57,470 nucleotides of DNA, from positions 1-57,470 of the forward strand of contig CAYLYN010000005.1 in assembly GCA_964387565.1 (NCBI GenBank), in the 5' to 3' direction. Source of the DNA: an uncultured Rikenellaceae bacterium. Lineage in GTDB: Bacteria; Bacteroidota; Bacteroidia; Bacteroidales; VadinHA17. Below the pieces are notes generated by a model. The model saw nothing but the letters and a program-made list of their open reading frames with translations. It made no database searches and was not told the DNA's origin. Position 1 is the stretch's first letter; every line of letters starts with the position of its first letter. The translations under genes were made by a program, and so were the position numbers. Positions 28,601 through 38,404 of this stretch are shown one piece after another.

Positions 28601-30580
28601 AAAAAAAACTTTAACCACAGGTTTCTGTCAATTATAATACTAGCATTTGTTACATTTATTTCATTATGCCAGGAGGCAAGTCTTTCCGAATCAATAATCT
28701 CAATTGCAGAGGAACTTGCCGCTGATGATTCCGATCCTGAAGCTGTTGCTATATATATTGAAAACCTTTATGAACTTGCTGAGAATCCGGTCGAAATCAA
28801 TTCTGCTGATGAAGATGAAATATCGCGCCTTTTCTTCCTTTCAGATTTTCAGGTCAAAGTGCTTGCCGATTACATTCGCCTTAACGGGAAATTAGTCTCA
28901 ATATATGAACTACCTAACCTTCCGGGGTATGACAGGGAAACTGCAATGGCGGTAGCTCTCTTTGTTAAACTGGATCACAAACCGAAGCCGGAGTCTTTCC
29001 ATCCCCGCTGGAGAAACAACTTTCTGACAAATCTTACATGTAAAACAAGCGATAATGACTCAGCATGGCTTGGATCAGCTGTACGAATACTCACAAAATA
29101 CAGGTTTACGGCAGGTGATTTCTCAGGCGGACTGGTAGCTGAGAAAGATCCGGGAGAAAAAATTCTTAACGGTGATCCTCCCCTGCCTGACATGTTATCC
29201 GGACATTTTGCCTACAATGGTAAAGGTTTGATAAAAAGAGTCATAATTGGTGATTACTCTGCCCGCTTCGGACAGGGATCAAATATAAATACCAGCCTGC
29301 GAAATGGTCTTTCACTCCTATCACCCGGATTTATGTCGGCCAGAAGTGAAATAAAGCCTTATACTTCATCAGACGAAAACAGTTACTTCAGGGGTGCCGG
29401 GGCAGAATTGTCCTTTAAAAATATCGGGTTATCGCTTTTCTACTCTAAGAACCGGGTTGATGCCTCTCTGGAATCTTCGGCTAATGAAATTGAGTCGGTA
29501 AGGACTTTTTACACCTCAGGGTTACATAATACAACTTCAACATTAAAAAAGAAAGACTCCCTGACTGATATGGTTTATGGAATCAACATATCTTACAGCA
29601 AAGGTAATTTCAAAGCAGGTACAACCTGGTCGCAGGAATGGCTTTCGCTTCCTTTCATACCGGCGAAGGACGATCCTGAAAAAATATTCAGCTTTTCAGG
29701 TGAAAGCAATTCGGTCTGTTCCATTTTCTATAACACACTTATCAGCAGAATACTTTTATATGGTGAAATGTCTGTTAATGAATCTCTGAAACATGCTATT
29801 ATCCAAGGATTTACATTAAGACCCTCCGACAGGCTGAGCATAAACCTCCTCTACAGGAACTATGAAAACGGATTTATAAGTCTTCATGGGAAAGGACCCG
29901 GAGGCAGTTCCTCTTCAGGATCAGAGAATTCACTCACAGGAAATTTTCTTTTTGAAGCAGCAAGATACCTGTTTATAAGCGGAGGCTGTCAGATACGTGA
30001 ATATCCGTGGCTCAGATACCGTAACAGCTCTCCTTCCTATTACAGGAGAAAGGAGATCAGGGGAAAATATATTCCATCAGACAGATTTACTGCAGAAGCT
30101 GCATATAATTTCACACTTACAACCACTGATGACAAAAGATTAAACAGCATCCCGGAACTTAAAGAACTTACTGTCAGGTCTTTTTCATCAATATTCCGCT
30201 ATTCTCTCTCAAATGATATGACCCTTGGTACAAGGTTTTACTGTAAGCTGGCAGAAGAATCAGAGACCAGTGGTATCGCAATGCTTCAGGACTTTAACTA
30301 CAGGTGTGGAAATATTCCGCTGACTATCTGGTTAAGATTTTGTCTTTTTAACACAAACAACTGGGATACAAGAATCTATGTTTATGAGAATGATCTTTTG
30401 TATGGATTCAGTATACCTCCTTTATATGGAAAAGGAAGCAGATCTTATGTGATGCTGAGCTGGAAAATAAGAGATAAAGCAGAATTAAGATTTAAATATG
30501 GAATTACTTCTAAAGAAGCTGATGGCCTGGTTTATCAGAACACTGAAGAATTTAAGCTTCAGCTAAGGTTGTTTATTTAG
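28595..30580 (+). CDS. Helix-hairpin-helix (ComEA-like) domain protein fused to a large predicted outer-membrane beta-barrel
   Basis: From the GTG at 28595 the N-terminus is (M)FKKNFNHRFLSIIILAFVTFISLCQEA, a canonical signal. HhH-like segments are INSADEDEISRLFFLSDFQVKVLADYI and IYELPNLPGYDRETAMAVALFV. About 500 aa of beta-rich sequence follow. The track starts at 28499 and 28532 would add 32 or 21 non-signal residues and overlap or abut the cassette. Confidence 0.65.
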   Translation: MFKKNFNHRFLSIIILAFVTFISLCQEASLSESIISIAEELAADDSDPEAVAIYIENLYELAENPVEINSADEDEISRLFFLSDFQVKVLADYIRLNGKLVSIYELPNLPGYDRETAMAVALFVKLDHKPKPESFHPRWRNNFLTNLTCKTSDNDSAWLGSAVRILTKYRFTAGDFSGGLVAEKDPGEKILNGDPPLPDMLSGHFAYNGKGLIKRVIIGDYSARFGQGSNINTSLRNGLSLLSPGFMSARSEIKPYTSSDENSYFRGAGAELSFKNIGLSLFYSKNRVDASLESSANEIESVRTFYTSGLHNTTSTLKKKDSLTDMVYGINISYSKGNFKAGTTWSQEWLSLPFIPAKDDPEKIFSFSGESNSVCSIFYNTLISRILLYGEMSVNESLKHAIIQGFTLRPSDRLSINLLYRNYENGFISLHGKGPGGSSSSGSENSLTGNFLFEAARYLFISGGCQIREYPWLRYRNSSPSYYRRKEIRGKYIPSDRFTAEAAYNFTLTTTDDKRLNSIPELKELTVRSFSSIFRYSLSNDMTLGTRFYCKLAEESETSGIAMLQDFNYRCGNIPLTIWLRFCLFNTNNWDTRIYVYENDLLYGFSIPPLYGKGSRSYVMLSWKIRDKAELRFKYGITSKEADGLVYQNTEEFKLQLRLFI

Positions 30581-32294
30581 TTCCCGGAGTCTTTATATCC
30601 TTGATATTCAGCTGCAGGTTCTTGTTACCCCTGAATTCATTCATCTCAAGTGAATAACACACATCGAATGGCCTGCCTGATTTTATATATTCAAAATGGT
30701 TTGCCTGGCTGAAAGCGATACCTGAAAAACTCTTTGATCCTGCAGACTCCTGGCAAAGCTCAAGCTTCAGGTGTTCTCCGCTTGAACCTACCATCCTGGC
30801 TGAACCAGTATCAAAGACATTCCTTGAAACAAACACCGGCGACATATTATCAGGACCAAAAGGCTGGAACTGATTCATCACCCTTAAGTATTCCTCATTG
30901 ATCTCCGAGAAGCCAAGCTCGGTGTCTATAAAGATCCTTGGTACAAGCTGATCTTCGGTTATTGTATTGTTTACATGATTTTCAAAACGTTCCATGAAAG
31001 GTTTTATGTTTTCCTTTTTTAAAGTAAGTCCTGCAGCAAACATATGACCCCCGAAACTCTCTAGAAGGTCGCTGCAGGCCTCAATGGCCTGGTAAAGATC
31101 ATACCCCTGAACCGAGCGTGCCGATCCGGTGGCAAACCCGTTAGATTCGGTCAGGATCACGGTTGGCCTGTAGTAGGTTTCAATTAGCCTTGAAGCAACA
31201 ATACCGATTACTCCTTTCTTCCAGCTGGGATTATAAAGTACTGTTGTCCTTGCATTTACAGTTCTCGGATCCTCAGCAATCATCCTCATTGCCTCTGTTG
31301 TTATTGTACGGTCAACACTTCGCCTTTCAATATTAAAATTGTTGATCTCCTTGCTGATACCCGTTGCCAGTGCAGAATCGAGAGATACAAGCAGGTCAAC
31401 AGCCTTGCTGCCTGTCTCCATTCTGCCGGCTGCATTTATCCGCGGTCCGATCTTGAATACCACATCTTCAATTGACAATGCTTTGCTTACTTCCGATTCG
31501 CGAATTATCTCTTTCAGCCCTGTTCGTGGCGACTCATTGAGCTGTTTGAGTCCGAAGTAGGCCATCACCCTGTTTTCACCTGTTATCGGAACAATATCTG
31601 AAGCAATACTTACTGCGACAAGATCGAGATAATGATAGATCTTGCTGAATGGGATCCCATGTACCCTTGAATAAGCCTGTATCAGCTTGAAGCCAACACC
31701 GCAACCCGACAGTTCCTTGTACGGATAGTTGCATCCGGGTTGCTTGGGATCAAGTACGGCAACAGCTTTGGGGATTACATCACCGGGATAGTGATGATCG
31801 CATATTATCACATCCAGGCCTTTTGTACGTGCATATTTGACCTTCTCAACAGCTTTTATACCACAGTCGAGAGTTATAACAACCTTGCAGTTATTCTGGT
31901 GAGCATAGTCAAGGCCCTGTAAGGAGACCCCGTAACCTTCTTTATATCTGTCAGGTATATAGTATATAACATTAGTATACTGTTCTTTAAGGAACGAGTA
32001 CATCAGGGCAACTGCTGTAGTACCATCAACATCATAATCGCCATAGACAAGGATTTTTTCATTCTTTTTTACTGCAGTTGATATCCTGTCGACAGCAATA
32101 TTCATATCCTTCATCAGGAAAGGATCATGGAGATATTCGAGGCTGGGATTGAAGAATGCGTCAGCTTCAGAAGCTGATTTGATACCACGCTGGGCCATAA
32201 GGTTTGCAAGGGAATCGGAGACACCAAGAGCAGCAGATAGTTGTTTTACAACTGCTGTATCTCCCCTGTCCTTAATAACCCATTTCTTTTCCAT
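30573..32294 (-). CDS. recJ: Single-stranded-DNA-specific exonuclease RecJ
   Basis: The DHH family motifs are present: VYGDYDVDGTT, ITLDCG, ICDHHYP and GGHMFAAG. It is 573 aa. Confidence 0.9.
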   Translation of the reverse strand: MEKKWVIKDRGDTAVVKQLSAALGVSDSLANLMAQRGIKSASEADAFFNPSLEYLHDPFLMKDMNIAVDRISTAVKKNEKILVYGDYDVDGTTAVALMYSFLKEQYTNVIYYIPDRYKEGYGVSLQGLDYAHQNNCKVVITLDCGIKAVEKVKYARTKGLDVIICDHHYPGDVIPKAVAVLDPKQPGCNYPYKELSGCGVGFKLIQAYSRVHGIPFSKIYHYLDLVAVSIASDIVPITGENRVMAYFGLKQLNESPRTGLKEIIRESEVSKALSIEDVVFKIGPRINAAGRMETGSKAVDLLVSLDSALATGISKEINNFNIERRSVDRTITTEAMRMIAEDPRTVNARTTVLYNPSWKKGVIGIVASRLIETYYRPTVILTESNGFATGSARSVQGYDLYQAIEACSDLLESFGGHMFAAGLTLKKENIKPFMERFENHVNNTITEDQLVPRIFIDTELGFSEINEEYLRVMNQFQPFGPDNMSPVFVSRNVFDTGSARMVGSSGEHLKLELCQESAGSKSFSGIAFSQANHFEYIKSGRPFDVCYSLEMNEFRGNKNLQLNIKDIKTPGTK

Positions 32295-32296
32295 TA

Positions 32297-33007
32297 CTAT
32301 ATATTTACTATATCCAGATCAAAAATTTCTACCAGCCTGCTCTTTACAATCCCCTTCGCTTTTTCAAAATCCTGGTGGCTGCCAAGTTCCTTTTCAAGCG
32401 ATGTGACACCTTTATCGGTGAATCCGCACGGGTTTATAAAATTAAAATACTCCAGACTGGTATTGACATTGAATGCAAATCCATGCATTGTAACATACCT
32501 GCTTGCCCTAACTCCGATAGCACATATTTTTCTGGCTTTTCCCTTCACTCCGGGATCAAGCCACACACCAGTTCCCCCCTCAAGTCTTGAGGCTTTCAGA
32601 CCATATTCAGCCACTGTCAGGATAATTGCCTCTTCCAGTCTGTAAATATACTCTTTAAGACCGATATTTATTGCATCAAGATCAAAAATCGGATAGCCTA
32701 CTATCTGGCCAGGTCCATGGTATGTTATATCCCCACCCCTGTCGATCCTGTAAAATGAAGCATCACTGGCTTTTAGATGGATGAAATCAACTAGCAGATT
32801 ATTCTCAGACCCGCTCTTCCCCAGTGTATACACATGTGGATGTTCAACAAAAATAAGTGTTCCTGCAGGTCTCTGACCTTCCTTTGATGTCACTTTATCA
32901 GAACTCTTTTTCAGGCTGACAAGCTTATTAAAGATCTCTGTCTGATAATCCCAGGTTTCCTTATAATCTCTTACACCAATATCCTTATATTCAATACTAT
33001 ATTTCAA
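32297..33007 (-). CDS. lipB: Octanoyl/lipoyl transferase
   Basis: Contains VEHPHVYTLG, RGGDITYHGPGQ and the KICAIGV lysine region. It is adjacent to lipA. Confidence 0.9.
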   Translation of the reverse strand: MKYSIEYKDIGVRDYKETWDYQTEIFNKLVSLKKSSDKVTSKEGQRPAGTLIFVEHPHVYTLGKSGSENNLLVDFIHLKASDASFYRIDRGGDITYHGPGQIVGYPIFDLDAINIGLKEYIYRLEEAIILTVAEYGLKASRLEGGTGVWLDPGVKGKARKICAIGVRASRYVTMHGFAFNVNTSLEYFNFINPCGFTDKGVTSLEKELGSHQDFEKAKGIVKSRLVEIFDLDIVNI

Positions 33008-33039
33008 TTTGAGTCTCTAAACAAAACCTTCAAAAGTAA

Positions 33040-33900
33040 TCAATTTCCCTGAGTATTCACATGCCTTTCTGCGTGAAAAGAGGAGCGTACAAGGGGGCTG
33101 CTCTCAACAAAAGTGAATCCAGTTTTCAGGGCAACTTCCCTGTATTCTTCAAACTTCTCAGGGACTATAAAGTCAACAACCTCCATATAGCCAAATGCAG
33201 GTTGAAGATATTGTCCTATTGTAAGAATTTTACACCCGGTATCATGGATATCCTTTATTGTCTGTAATACCTCTTCCTCTGTCTCTCCAAGACCAAGCAT
33301 GAATCCCGACTTTGCCGGCTTACCCTGTCGGGAAATATATCTTAGGACCTCAAGGCTTCTGTCATATTTTGCTTTTGTTCTGATCGCCGGGGTAAGCCTT
33401 CTGACTGTTTCAATATTGTGCGATACAACATCGGGTGAAGCATCAATAACTTTCTGAATGTTCTCCGGTTTTCCGTCAAAATCAGGGATAAGGCATTCTA
33501 TTGTCAATCCCGGGTTTACCTCCCTGACCCTCCTGATTGTAAGGGCCCAGTGACCTGAACCTCCGTCAGCAAGATCATCACGATCAACAGATGTTAATAC
33601 GCAATGATGCAGTTTAAGAAGCCGGATAGTTTCAGCAAGCCTGTCAGCTTCTTCATGATCAGGAGGAAGTGGCCTTCCTGTTTTGGTTGCACAGAATTTA
33701 CAGGCTCTGGTGCAAATATCACCAAGTATCATAAAGGTCGCCGTTCCTGCATTCCAGCACTCGCCTATATTAGGGCAATTCCCACTGGTACATATGGTGT
33801 GGAGACGATTTTTCGAAACCAGATTCCTGACCATTGAATAGTTCTCCCCTCTTGCTCTCTGCATTTTCATCCAGGCTGGCAGTCGTCTTCTGTTTTCCAT
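33040..33900 (-). CDS. lipA: Lipoyl synthase (radical SAM)
   Basis: Contains CNIGECW, CTRACKFCA (CxxxCxxC) and SGFMLGLGET. I placed the start at the ATG at 33900 (MENRRRLPAWMK). The track ORF extends to 33951. Confidence 0.9.
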   Translation of the reverse strand: MENRRRLPAWMKMQRARGENYSMVRNLVSKNRLHTICTSGNCPNIGECWNAGTATFMILGDICTRACKFCATKTGRPLPPDHEEADRLAETIRLLKLHHCVLTSVDRDDLADGGSGHWALTIRRVREVNPGLTIECLIPDFDGKPENIQKVIDASPDVVSHNIETVRRLTPAIRTKAKYDRSLEVLRYISRQGKPAKSGFMLGLGETEEEVLQTIKDIHDTGCKILTIGQYLQPAFGYMEVVDFIVPEKFEEYREVALKTGFTFVESSPLVRSSFHAERHVNTQGN

Positions 33901-34060
33901 TTCTGTTTTATGAATCTGCAAAGTTACCAAATCAATGAAGAACTGCGGCATCTGTATGAAATTTAATTAAGCAAATTTTTGTTGTTACTGAAGTCCACAT
34001 ATAATCAGAGATTTGATTGAAACAGTTTACTTATGATGATAATAAATAGTCAGAAATACA

Positions 34061-34068
34061 TATATTTG
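34061..34068 (+). promoter_or_regulatory. Candidate Bacteroides-type -7 promoter box for fucI-fucK
   Basis: tatatttg matches TAnnTTTG and lies 43 nt upstream of the fucI ATG. Confidence 0.3.
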
Positions 34069-34110
34069 TTAGACCTCTAATAAACACAGAAACTCTTAAT
34101 TAAAAATCAT

Positions 34111-35913
34111 ATGGCTAATAGTGAATTTAAAGTAAATACTGACTACCAGACAGTTATAGGTGATTTTCCGAAAATTGGGATTCGACCAGTCATTGACGGG
34201 AGAATGAACGGAGTAAGGGAAACTCTCGAAGAGCAGACAATGAATATGGCTAAAAATGCTGCACGGCTGATAACATCAAACCTTAAATATCCTAATGGCA
34301 AACAGGTGGAATGTATAATTTCCGACACAACAATCGGTGGAGTTGCCGAAGCAGCAAAGTGCGCTGAAAAATTTGCAAAGAATGGAGTGGGAGTAAGCTT
34401 GACCGTTACGCCCTGCTGGTGCTACGGCAGTGAAACAATCGATATGAATCCCGAAATTCCTAAGGCAATCTGGGGATTTAATGGCACTGAGCGTCCGGGT
34501 GCTGTTTACCTGGCTGCTGCCCTCGCCGGACATACCATGAAAGGATTGCCTGCTTTTGGCATATATGGCCATGATGTTCAGGATGCAGGCGACCAGGGTA
34601 TACCGGAAGATGTCAGAGAGAAGATCCTTCGGTTCATAAAGGCAGGACTGGCTGTATCATACATGAAAGGTAAGTCATATCTCTCAATGGGTTCAGTATC
34701 GATGGGCATAGCAGGTTCTATTGTAAGGGAAGATTTTTTCCAGGAGTACCTCGGGATGCGAAATGAATATGTGGATATGAGCGAATTTACGCGTCGCCTC
34801 AACCAGGAAATATATGATAAAGCTGAATATAAGAAAGCCCTTCAGTGGACAAAAAAATACTGTAAAGAGGGAAAGGACCTTAACAGCAAACCTCATTCAC
34901 GACAAACCAAAGACAGTGAGTGGGAAATTGTCGTTAAAATGACATTGATTGCACGCGACCTGATGGTAGGTAATCCAAGGCTGAAGAAGCTCGGGTATGG
35001 TGAAGAAGCAATGGGACATAATGCCATTCTTTCAGGCTTCCAGGGTCAGCGGCAATGGACAGATCATATGCCTAACGGAGATTTTCTTGAATCAATCCTA
35101 TGTTCTTCATTCGACTGGAACGGTATAAGACCTCCATACCTTGTTGCTACCGAAAATGATGCAATGAACGGGGTTCCGATGCTGTTTGGCTACCTCCTTA
35201 CAAATACAGCCCAGATGTTCTCCGATATCAGAACATACTGGAGCCCAGATGCAATTAAAAGAGTCACGAAAGTGAAACCCACAGGAACGGCGGCAAACGG
35301 TGTTATACACCTCATTAATTCAGGAGCCTCTTCCCTTGACTTCTCAGGCAAACAAAAAAGCAAGGGAAAACCTGTCATCAAACCCTTCTGGGAGATTACT
35401 TCAAAAGATGCTGCCGATTGTCTTAAAGCAACTGTATGGCCCCCGGCCAATACCGGATATTTCCGCGGAGGAGGCTTCTCATCACAGTTCGACAGTGAAG
35501 GTGGAATGCCTGTAACCATATCAAGAGTTAACCTTGTGAAAGGACTTGGACCAGTGTTGCAAATAGCGGAGGGATGGACAGTTGAACTTCCTGAAAAAGT
35601 CCATAAGATCCTCTCTGACCGTACTGATCCTACCTGGCCAACAACATGGTTTGTACCAAGACTGACCGGTAAAGGAGCTTTTTCAGATGTCTATTCCGTA
35701 ATGGCAAACTGGGGAGCCAACCATAGTGCTTCAAGTTATGGACATATAGGAGCAGATCTGGTTACACTTGCTTCTATTTTAAGAATACCTGTCTGCATGC
35801 ACAACCTTGATGATGAGAGTATTTTCCGTCCAAGTTCATGGAATGCTTTCGGAATGGATAAGGAAGGTTCTGATTACAGGGCATGCCAGACATACGGACC
35901 CCTTTATAAATGA
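34111..35913 (+). CDS. fucI: L-fucose isomerase
   Basis: The 600 aa length and N-terminal [18 protein letters not shown] are typical of FucI. It overlaps a downstream FGGY kinase by 4 nt. Confidence 0.88.
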   Translation: MANSEFKVNTDYQTVIGDFPKIGIRPVIDGRMNGVRETLEEQTMNMAKNAARLITSNLKYPNGKQVECIISDTTIGGVAEAAKCAEKFAKNGVGVSLTVTPCWCYGSETIDMNPEIPKAIWGFNGTERPGAVYLAAALAGHTMKGLPAFGIYGHDVQDAGDQGIPEDVREKILRFIKAGLAVSYMKGKSYLSMGSVSMGIAGSIVREDFFQEYLGMRNEYVDMSEFTRRLNQEIYDKAEYKKALQWTKKYCKEGKDLNSKPHSRQTKDSEWEIVVKMTLIARDLMVGNPRLKKLGYGEEAMGHNAILSGFQGQRQWTDHMPNGDFLESILCSSFDWNGIRPPYLVATENDAMNGVPMLFGYLLTNTAQMFSDIRTYWSPDAIKRVTKVKPTGTAANGVIHLINSGASSLDFSGKQKSKGKPVIKPFWEITSKDAADCLKATVWPPANTGYFRGGGFSSQFDSEGGMPVTISRVNLVKGLGPVLQIAEGWTVELPEKVHKILSDRTDPTWPTTWFVPRLTGKGAFSDVYSVMANWGANHSASSYGHIGADLVTLASILRIPVCMHNLDDESIFRPSSWNAFGMDKEGSDYRACQTYGPLYK

Positions 35914-37322
35914 CCAGCCGCGACATAGTAATTGTATTTGACTGCGGGGCAACAAATGTCAGATGCGTGGCCATTGACAGTAAAGGCGTCATCCTTGTAT
36001 CTGACTCATACACTAACAATACACGTCCTGATCCCTTATATCCCTCCTTTAAAATATGGGATGTAAATGAAATATGGGATAAAATGTGCAGAGCTTCATC
36101 AAAAGTGATGAAACAGATCCCTGCAGATAAGATCGCCGGGGTTACCGTAACCACCTTTGGCGTTGACGGTACCCTCTTTGACAATTCTGGTAAAATGCTC
36201 TACCCGGTTATTTCATGGCAATGTGAAAGGACAAACCCGGTTATGGCTGATATCGGAAAGTATATCCCGCTTGATATGCTTTATAGTGAGAGCGGGGTAC
36301 TGCCTTTTACATTCAATACAATAAACAAGCTGATCTGGTTTATCGAACAAAGAAGTGATCTGGTCGAAAAAAGTCACATATTTCTGATGATGCCATCAAT
36401 ATTTATGTATTTCCTTACCGGGATAATGGCAAATGATATGTCGATGGCCGGTACCACAATGACAACTTCACTGGCAGGCAGGAAATTTTCTGATAATATT
36501 CTGAAAAGGATAAATTTCCCAGCGGTAAAAATGGGAATACCTGTCGAGCCGGGAACAATAACAGGCAGAATAACAGCCGGAGCCTCTTCACTCACATCCA
36601 TCCCTGAAGGTATTCCTGTTATTGCTACTGGTCATGATACACAGTTTGCTGTTTTCGGATCAGGAGCTGAGATAAATCAACCTGTACTTTCTTCAGGAAC
36701 CTGGGAAATTCTGATGGTAAGATCAGGGGCATACAGATCCGGAAAAGAACAGCTGAGCAAGGGAATAACAACAGAACTCGATGCAAGGCCTGGATTTTAT
36801 AATATTGGCAATCAATGGATCGCGTCAGGTATACTTGAATGGGCCAGGAAGAATCTGTATAGTGATATAAAAGATAATGTATATGATCTCATGATCTCGG
36901 GAGCCGAAAAGGTTCCGCCAGGAAGCAATGGAGTAAAGGTTTTACCTAAATTCTATGAAGAACTTAAGGGAAAACCGGGAGGAGGAATACTGGGCCTTAC
37001 GCTTGAGTCGACAAGAGATGAGATCTACAGAGCAATGCTTGAGGCTCTGGCTGACAGACTTGCTGAAGGTCGCCTGGTGCTTGAAGAGGCAGGTGGATTC
37101 ACAACTGAAAGCATAATCTGTGTGGGCGGAGGTTCAAAAAACAGGTTATGGAACCAGCTCCGTGCAAATGCTACAGGAGTTCCGTTGAAGATAATCGATC
37201 AGAAAGAGACCACCGTACTCGGTGCATCCCTCTTTGTACAGGCTGCCTGCAGTAATTTCTCTTCTCCAGAAGAGGCAAGAAATTCAATTGATTATAAGAT
37301 TGAGATAGTTACCCCGAAATAA
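35910..37322 (+). CDS. fucK: L-fuculokinase (FGGY carbohydrate kinase)
   Basis: Contains [20 protein letters not shown] and [12 protein letters not shown]. It is coupled to fucI. Confidence 0.8.
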   Translation: MTSRDIVIVFDCGATNVRCVAIDSKGVILVSDSYTNNTRPDPLYPSFKIWDVNEIWDKMCRASSKVMKQIPADKIAGVTVTTFGVDGTLFDNSGKMLYPVISWQCERTNPVMADIGKYIPLDMLYSESGVLPFTFNTINKLIWFIEQRSDLVEKSHIFLMMPSIFMYFLTGIMANDMSMAGTTMTTSLAGRKFSDNILKRINFPAVKMGIPVEPGTITGRITAGASSLTSIPEGIPVIATGHDTQFAVFGSGAEINQPVLSSGTWEILMVRSGAYRSGKEQLSKGITTELDARPGFYNIGNQWIASGILEWARKNLYSDIKDNVYDLMISGAEKVPPGSNGVKVLPKFYEELKGKPGGGILGLTLESTRDEIYRAMLEALADRLAEGRLVLEEAGGFTTESIICVGGGSKNRLWNQLRANATGVPLKIIDQKETTVLGASLFVQAACSNFSSPEEARNSIDYKIEIVTPK

Positions 37323-37353
37323 AAGGGGCACTTAGCCATTCAATCAAGCCCCC

Positions 37354-37475
37354 GGCCGTGCTATGTCGCGGCCACCCACTAAAGGGGGTTATATTTGTTG
37401 CAGAAATTATGCCCCCTTGAGGGGGCTGCCATTCAACGTCCCGATAGCTATCGGGAGGAGAATGGCGGGGGCCAT
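37354..37475 (+). other. Cluster of four G+C-rich perfect or near-perfect hairpins in the fucK 3' intergenic region. It could be a REP/MITE-like element or a structured RNA.
   Basis: The hairpins are ggccg..cggcc at 37354-37373, gccccc-ttga-gggggc at 37411-37426, the perfect 16-nt palindrome cccgatagctatcggg at 37440-37455, and atggc-ggg-gccat at 37462-37475. A direct repeat gccattcaa occurs at 37335 and 37428. Confidence 0.4.
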
Positions 37476-37531
37476 ACGGGGCAAAAGAATAGAGCTTGGT
37501 AAGTAATAGTAAAATAATATAAATTTCTCAT

Positions 37532-38383
37532 ATGGATATCTCTTACATAAATGGTCAGTTTCTTCCGGCAAATGAAATTTCTATCAGCCCGGATGACCGG
37601 GGTTTTCTTTTTGCCGATGGTATTTATGAAGTGGTAAGATGGTATGAAGGAGATTTTTTTGACATGGAGGGCCATCTTCTCAGACTGAAAAGAAGTATGA
37701 GGGAATTAAGAATAATATGGCCCCTGGCAGATGAGTTTCCCTCTCTGGCAAAAGAACTGATAATCCGGAACTCTCTTCAGAAAACACCCGCACTTGTATA
37801 TATACAGGTTACAAGAGGAGTAGCAAAACGATCACATTCATTTCCCTCTCCCCCGGTGTCTCCTACAGTATATGCGTTTGCCCGTGGCTTCACTCCTGAT
37901 CCGGGAAAAATAGCAGCCGGGATCAGGACAATAATGAAGAAAGATATAAGATGGGCTCGGTGCGATATCAAGTCAGTTTCACTTCTGCCTAATATTCTGA
38001 GCTTCCAGGGTGCAGTTGAAGAGGAATCTCTTGAATGTGTTTTCGTCAAAAATGGTATGATTACAGAATGTGCTCATTCAAATGTCTTCTTCGTCAGAGA
38101 TGGAACTGTTTATACCCACCCCGAGTCAGAAAGCATTCTGTCAGGTATCTCGCGAAAAAATGTTATCAGGCTGGCTAGCCAGGCCGGAATTCCTGTGAAT
38201 GAGACAGCAATTACAGAGAAAGATCTCCCTCATATGGATGAAGCATTTGTAACCAATACTTCATTTGAAGTAGCCCCTGTGATTTCAATTAACAATAAGC
38301 CTGTTGGTGATGGAAAACCAGGCCGGATTACTCTTGCACTACGGACATTATTTCAACAGGAAACATTAAAATTAAAAAAATAA
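37532..38383 (+). CDS. Class IV (fold type IV) aminotransferase, D-amino-acid or branched-chain type
   Basis: Contains NGQFLPANEISISPDDRGFLFADGIYEVVR and a later ...IKSVSLLPN.. region (candidate PLP-Lys area). It is 283 aa. Confidence 0.75.
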   Translation: MDISYINGQFLPANEISISPDDRGFLFADGIYEVVRWYEGDFFDMEGHLLRLKRSMRELRIIWPLADEFPSLAKELIIRNSLQKTPALVYIQVTRGVAKRSHSFPSPPVSPTVYAFARGFTPDPGKIAAGIRTIMKKDIRWARCDIKSVSLLPNILSFQGAVEEESLECVFVKNGMITECAHSNVFFVRDGTVYTHPESESILSGISRKNVIRLASQAGIPVNETAITEKDLPHMDEAFVTNTSFEVAPVISINNKPVGDGKPGRITLALRTLFQQETLKLKK

Positions 38384-38404
38384 CCATCTCAGAATTATAG
38401 AATA

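Larger units (their letters stand above)
28084..28620 (+). mobile_element. Candidate self-contained GxxExxY cassette: 19-bp terminal inverted repeats bracketed by an 11-bp direct repeat TTTAACCACAG
   Basis: The direct repeat sits at 28084-28094 and 28610-28620, and the inverted repeats are as listed above. The left direct repeat overlaps the left inverted repeat, so reading it as a target-site duplication is uncertain. No transposase or integrase is present. Confidence 0.3.

Noticed and set aside
20779-33951. Co-occurrence of lplA (salvage) with lipB-lipA (de novo lipoylation) as something unusual
   Set aside because: Having both routes is common in bacteria. The genes are 10 kb apart and not organised as a system.
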